From: Thaumarchaeota archaeon UBA141 | GTDB taxonomy: Archaea > Thermoproteota > Nitrososphaeria > Nitrososphaerales > UBA141 | Assembly (NCBI GenBank): GCA_002495315.1 | Contig: DAEN01000051.1 | Coordinates: 1-49,985, forward strand | DNA length: 49,985 nucleotides | Reading direction: 5' to 3' | Shown: piece by piece, positions 47,838 through 49,985 of the stretch | Layout of the letters: every line of letters starts with the position of its first letter | Numbering within the stretch: position 1 is the stretch's first letter | The notes under the pieces: model-generated | Database searches by the model: none | Told to the model about the DNA's origin: nothing | The model's input: the letters and a program-made list of their open reading frames with translations, nothing else | Translations under genes and position numbers: made by a program

Positions 47838-48833
47838 ATGATCAAAGTGATCTTCTTTGGATTAGGGGAGATTGGGAGACAAATAGCTAGACTAGTTCTA
47901 AAGAAAAAGGAATTAGAGATTGTGGGTGCTCTAGATCTTGCTCCAGATCTTGTAGGAAAAAAGCTAGGAGATGTCTTGGGGCTTAATGCACCGGATCTGA
48001 ACATTACTGATGATGTAGACGGTTTACTATCTCAGGTCAGAGCTGACATAGTTCTCCATGCTACTGTGTCCAATCTTACAGTCGCATTACCACAGATCAC
48101 GAAGTGTATCAAGGCCAAGCTGAACGTTATATCTACCTGTGAGGAGCTATCATACCCATATTACAGGCATCCAGAGCTTTCATCCGAGCTAGCCAATCTT
48201 GCTGACTCAAACGGAGTAAGTGTTTTGGGTACCGGCATAAACCCTGGTTATCTTATGGACACTCTTCCCATAACTCTCACTGGAGCATGCCAAGACGTTC
48301 AGAGGATCAAAGTGACTCGTATGATGAATTCGAGTAAACGGAGGGTTCCATTTCAGAAAAAGATAGGAGAAGGGTTGACTCCTGAATTATTCAGAAAGAT
48401 GATCGAGGACAAGAAGATCACTGGACATGTTGGTCTAGTCGAATCGATAGCGATGATAGCTTCTGCCGTGGGATGGAAACTCGACGAAATACGGGAATTG
48501 CTCCCGGAACCGATTATCGCTGAGAGAGAACTAGCCACACCATACATTACCATCCAACCAGGGCAGGTCGCTGGGCTGAAGAGTGAGGCTCATGGTGTCA
48601 AGGGAGGAGTTCGAGTTATCGAATTGGAGTTTAATGCTAACGCGGCCGTCCAAGACGAATATGATGCCATAGATATTGATGGCGAGCCTCCTATTCGGCA
48701 AAAGATCATTGGTGGTGTTCACGGAGACCTCGGTACATCTTCTGTTATCGTAAACATGATTCCGAGGGTCCTCAAGTCTTCTTCTGGACTGGTCACCATG
48801 AAAGATCTACCACCTGTTTCTGCCTATCTTTAG
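47838..48833 (+). CDS. 2,4-diaminopentanoate dehydrogenase (Ord)-like / DapB N-domain amine dehydrogenase
   Basis: GLGEIG, NVISTCEEL, LGTGINPGYLMD and GGVHGD. Confidence 0.82.
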   Translation: MIKVIFFGLGEIGRQIARLVLKKKELEIVGALDLAPDLVGKKLGDVLGLNAPDLNITDDVDGLLSQVRADIVLHATVSNLTVALPQITKCIKAKLNVISTCEELSYPYYRHPELSSELANLADSNGVSVLGTGINPGYLMDTLPITLTGACQDVQRIKVTRMMNSSKRRVPFQKKIGEGLTPELFRKMIEDKKITGHVGLVESIAMIASAVGWKLDEIRELLPEPIIAERELATPYITIQPGQVAGLKSEAHGVKGGVRVIELEFNANAAVQDEYDAIDIDGEPPIRQKIIGGVHGDLGTSSVIVNMIPRVLKSSSGLVTMKDLPPVSAYL

Positions 48834-48924
48834 TGAGTCTCCACTAACCACGAACCACTTCGAGATCATAAGATGGTGGCTAATCAAAAAAGACTATCGT
48901 GACAATCTATCCAAAGCTACAATT

Positions 48925-49985
48925 CTAAATTGTTGTCTGCTTTTTTGCTAGCTTTTCGCCTACTCGATGGTAGTCGCCAGATATGATGAAGTCTGCATTT
49001 TCCTCGTCATCCTTGGTCCAAGATCCCAGATCATATCCGTGCCACGGCGTCTTCAGATCCAGCTCCGGTAGTCCTTCTTCCTTCCATATCTCGAGAGCGT
49101 GATCAACGAACTCCTTCTTTGGAAGGGCAACTGGTGGGTAAGGCCATTTTGTTGTTGCGTCGATCAGTAGAGCTGAGGTTCCACTAGGAGGAGGAAAGAG
49201 TGCCTCTTCCCTCGGTGTTCCAGGCGGTACAGCTGATGGATCGAGCAACGGTACTTTACCCGTGATGATCTCAATATCCCGATGAGGTTGCATCCGGTAG
49301 CTAAGAGCCCATATTACCGATTGTGGATCATGCGGATCTATGTCATCGTCAACAACTATTATGACCTTGCCAATCCGGGGATCATAACCGGAAAGTGAAT
49401 GGAGCGCCTGCTTTGGCTGAGCAGGATGCGTCTTCTTCATCTGTATAACGCAAAAGTGTCTCACGCCGCTCATCTCGTACACAGCAACATCGGTAATGCT
49501 TGGAATATTGGAATCATGCTTGAGATACTTGTGATAGACGCCCGTTGAGCCTATGCGCTTCATTGTACTGCTTTCGCTAGGAGCCATTTGGCTCAGAATA
49601 TGCTGATAGATGGGACGTTTTCGGTGAGCTATACATGTGACAGTCATGATTGGATCGCCGCGCTCACCCTTGAACATGAAGCCTGTATGTTCGCCGAAAG
49701 CAGGTGTAGGCTCCAAATAGTCGATGCCGACTTTTCCTTCAATAACGTACTCTGCGTTCGCGGGGACCTCGAGTCCAATGGTCTTGCACTTTACCAACTC
49801 TACAGGCTCGCCAGCTATTCCTCCTGCGACAGCCAGCTCATCAACACCATATGGAAGTCTCACCCCTGCAGCATAAGCTATGTTAGGTGTAGAACCTATG
49901 ATAATCGCAGCCTCAAGAGGTACTCCTTTTTCCTTGGACTTTGTCCAGTGCAAGTAAGCATGTTGGCCGGGATTGACGCCAAATG
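48925..49985 (-). CDS. UbiD-family (prFMN-dependent) (de)carboxylase, 5'-truncated by the window edge
   Basis: LEVPANAEYVIEG, FGEHTG, VDDDIDP..VIWALSYR, LDPS and IDAT. The frame stays open to the edge (FGVNPGQHAYLHW). Confidence 0.9.
   Translation of the reverse strand, partial: FGVNPGQHAYLHWTKSKEKGVPLEAAIIIGSTPNIAYAAGVRLPYGVDELAVAGGIAGEPVELVKCKTIGLEVPANAEYVIEGKVGIDYLEPTPAFGEHTGFMFKGERGDPIMTVTCIAHRKRPIYQHILSQMAPSESSTMKRIGSTGVYHKYLKHDSNIPSITDVAVYEMSGVRHFCVIQMKKTHPAQPKQALHSLSGYDPRIGKVIIVVDDDIDPHDPQSVIWALSYRMQPHRDIEIITGKVPLLDPSAVPPGTPREEALFPPPSGTSALLIDATTKWPYPPVALPKKEFVDHALEIWKEEGLPELDLKTPWHGYDLGSWTKDDEENADFIISGDYHRVGEKLAKKQTTI

Noticed and set aside
33517..49985. tRNA-anchored genomic island
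   Set aside because: A conserved-type gene separates the block from the tRNA, and no integrase or direct repeat is seen.
1..49985. CRISPR arrays, rRNA, defence or viral genes
   Set aside because: No regularly spaced repeats or recognisable motifs seen.

Overview
Archaeal chromosomal DNA, most consistent with a non-ammonia-oxidising, probably heterotrophic Nitrososphaerota (Thaumarchaeota) or other TACK lineage. This is inferred from GTP cyclohydrolase III, the class I CCA enzyme, a BHB-intron tRNA, TATA boxes about 25 nt before start codons and two small proteins of thaumarchaeal type. Core blocks are a riboflavin operon (ribB-ribH-gch3-amidohydrolase-arfC-arfB, where arfB is cut by the left edge and missing from the ORF track), a GPN GTPase/CinA-like pair, and a prs-trmG10-rnz / UPF0201-UPF0200 / thpR-cca-kinase-tRNA-Pro(GGG) block. 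Three catabolic accessory blocks lie between them. Block A (4.1-18.6 kb) has acetophenone-carboxylase-like subunits, a beta-keto acid cleavage enzyme, a degenerate URO-D/MtaA-fold protein, two pentein paralogues with an altered active site flanking a cyclic amidohydrolase, an aldehyde dehydrogenase and an acyl-CoA ligase. Block B (20.5-24.7 kb) is a complete hydantoinase A/B/gamma operon. Block C (33.5 kb to the end) is a patchwork of LLM oxidoreductases, enolase-, DapA-, M19-, SDR-, E1-, RidA-, Ord- and UbiD-family genes, many with non-canonical catalytic motifs. The best candidates for new biology are a ketone-carboxylation/BKACE pathway, penteins lacking the guanidino-binding Asp, the operon-embedded candidate for the archaeal riboflavin deaminase, and an apparent CTG start for rnz. 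No CRISPR, rRNA, integrase or transposase was seen. All calls are from motif recognition by eye; no searches were run.
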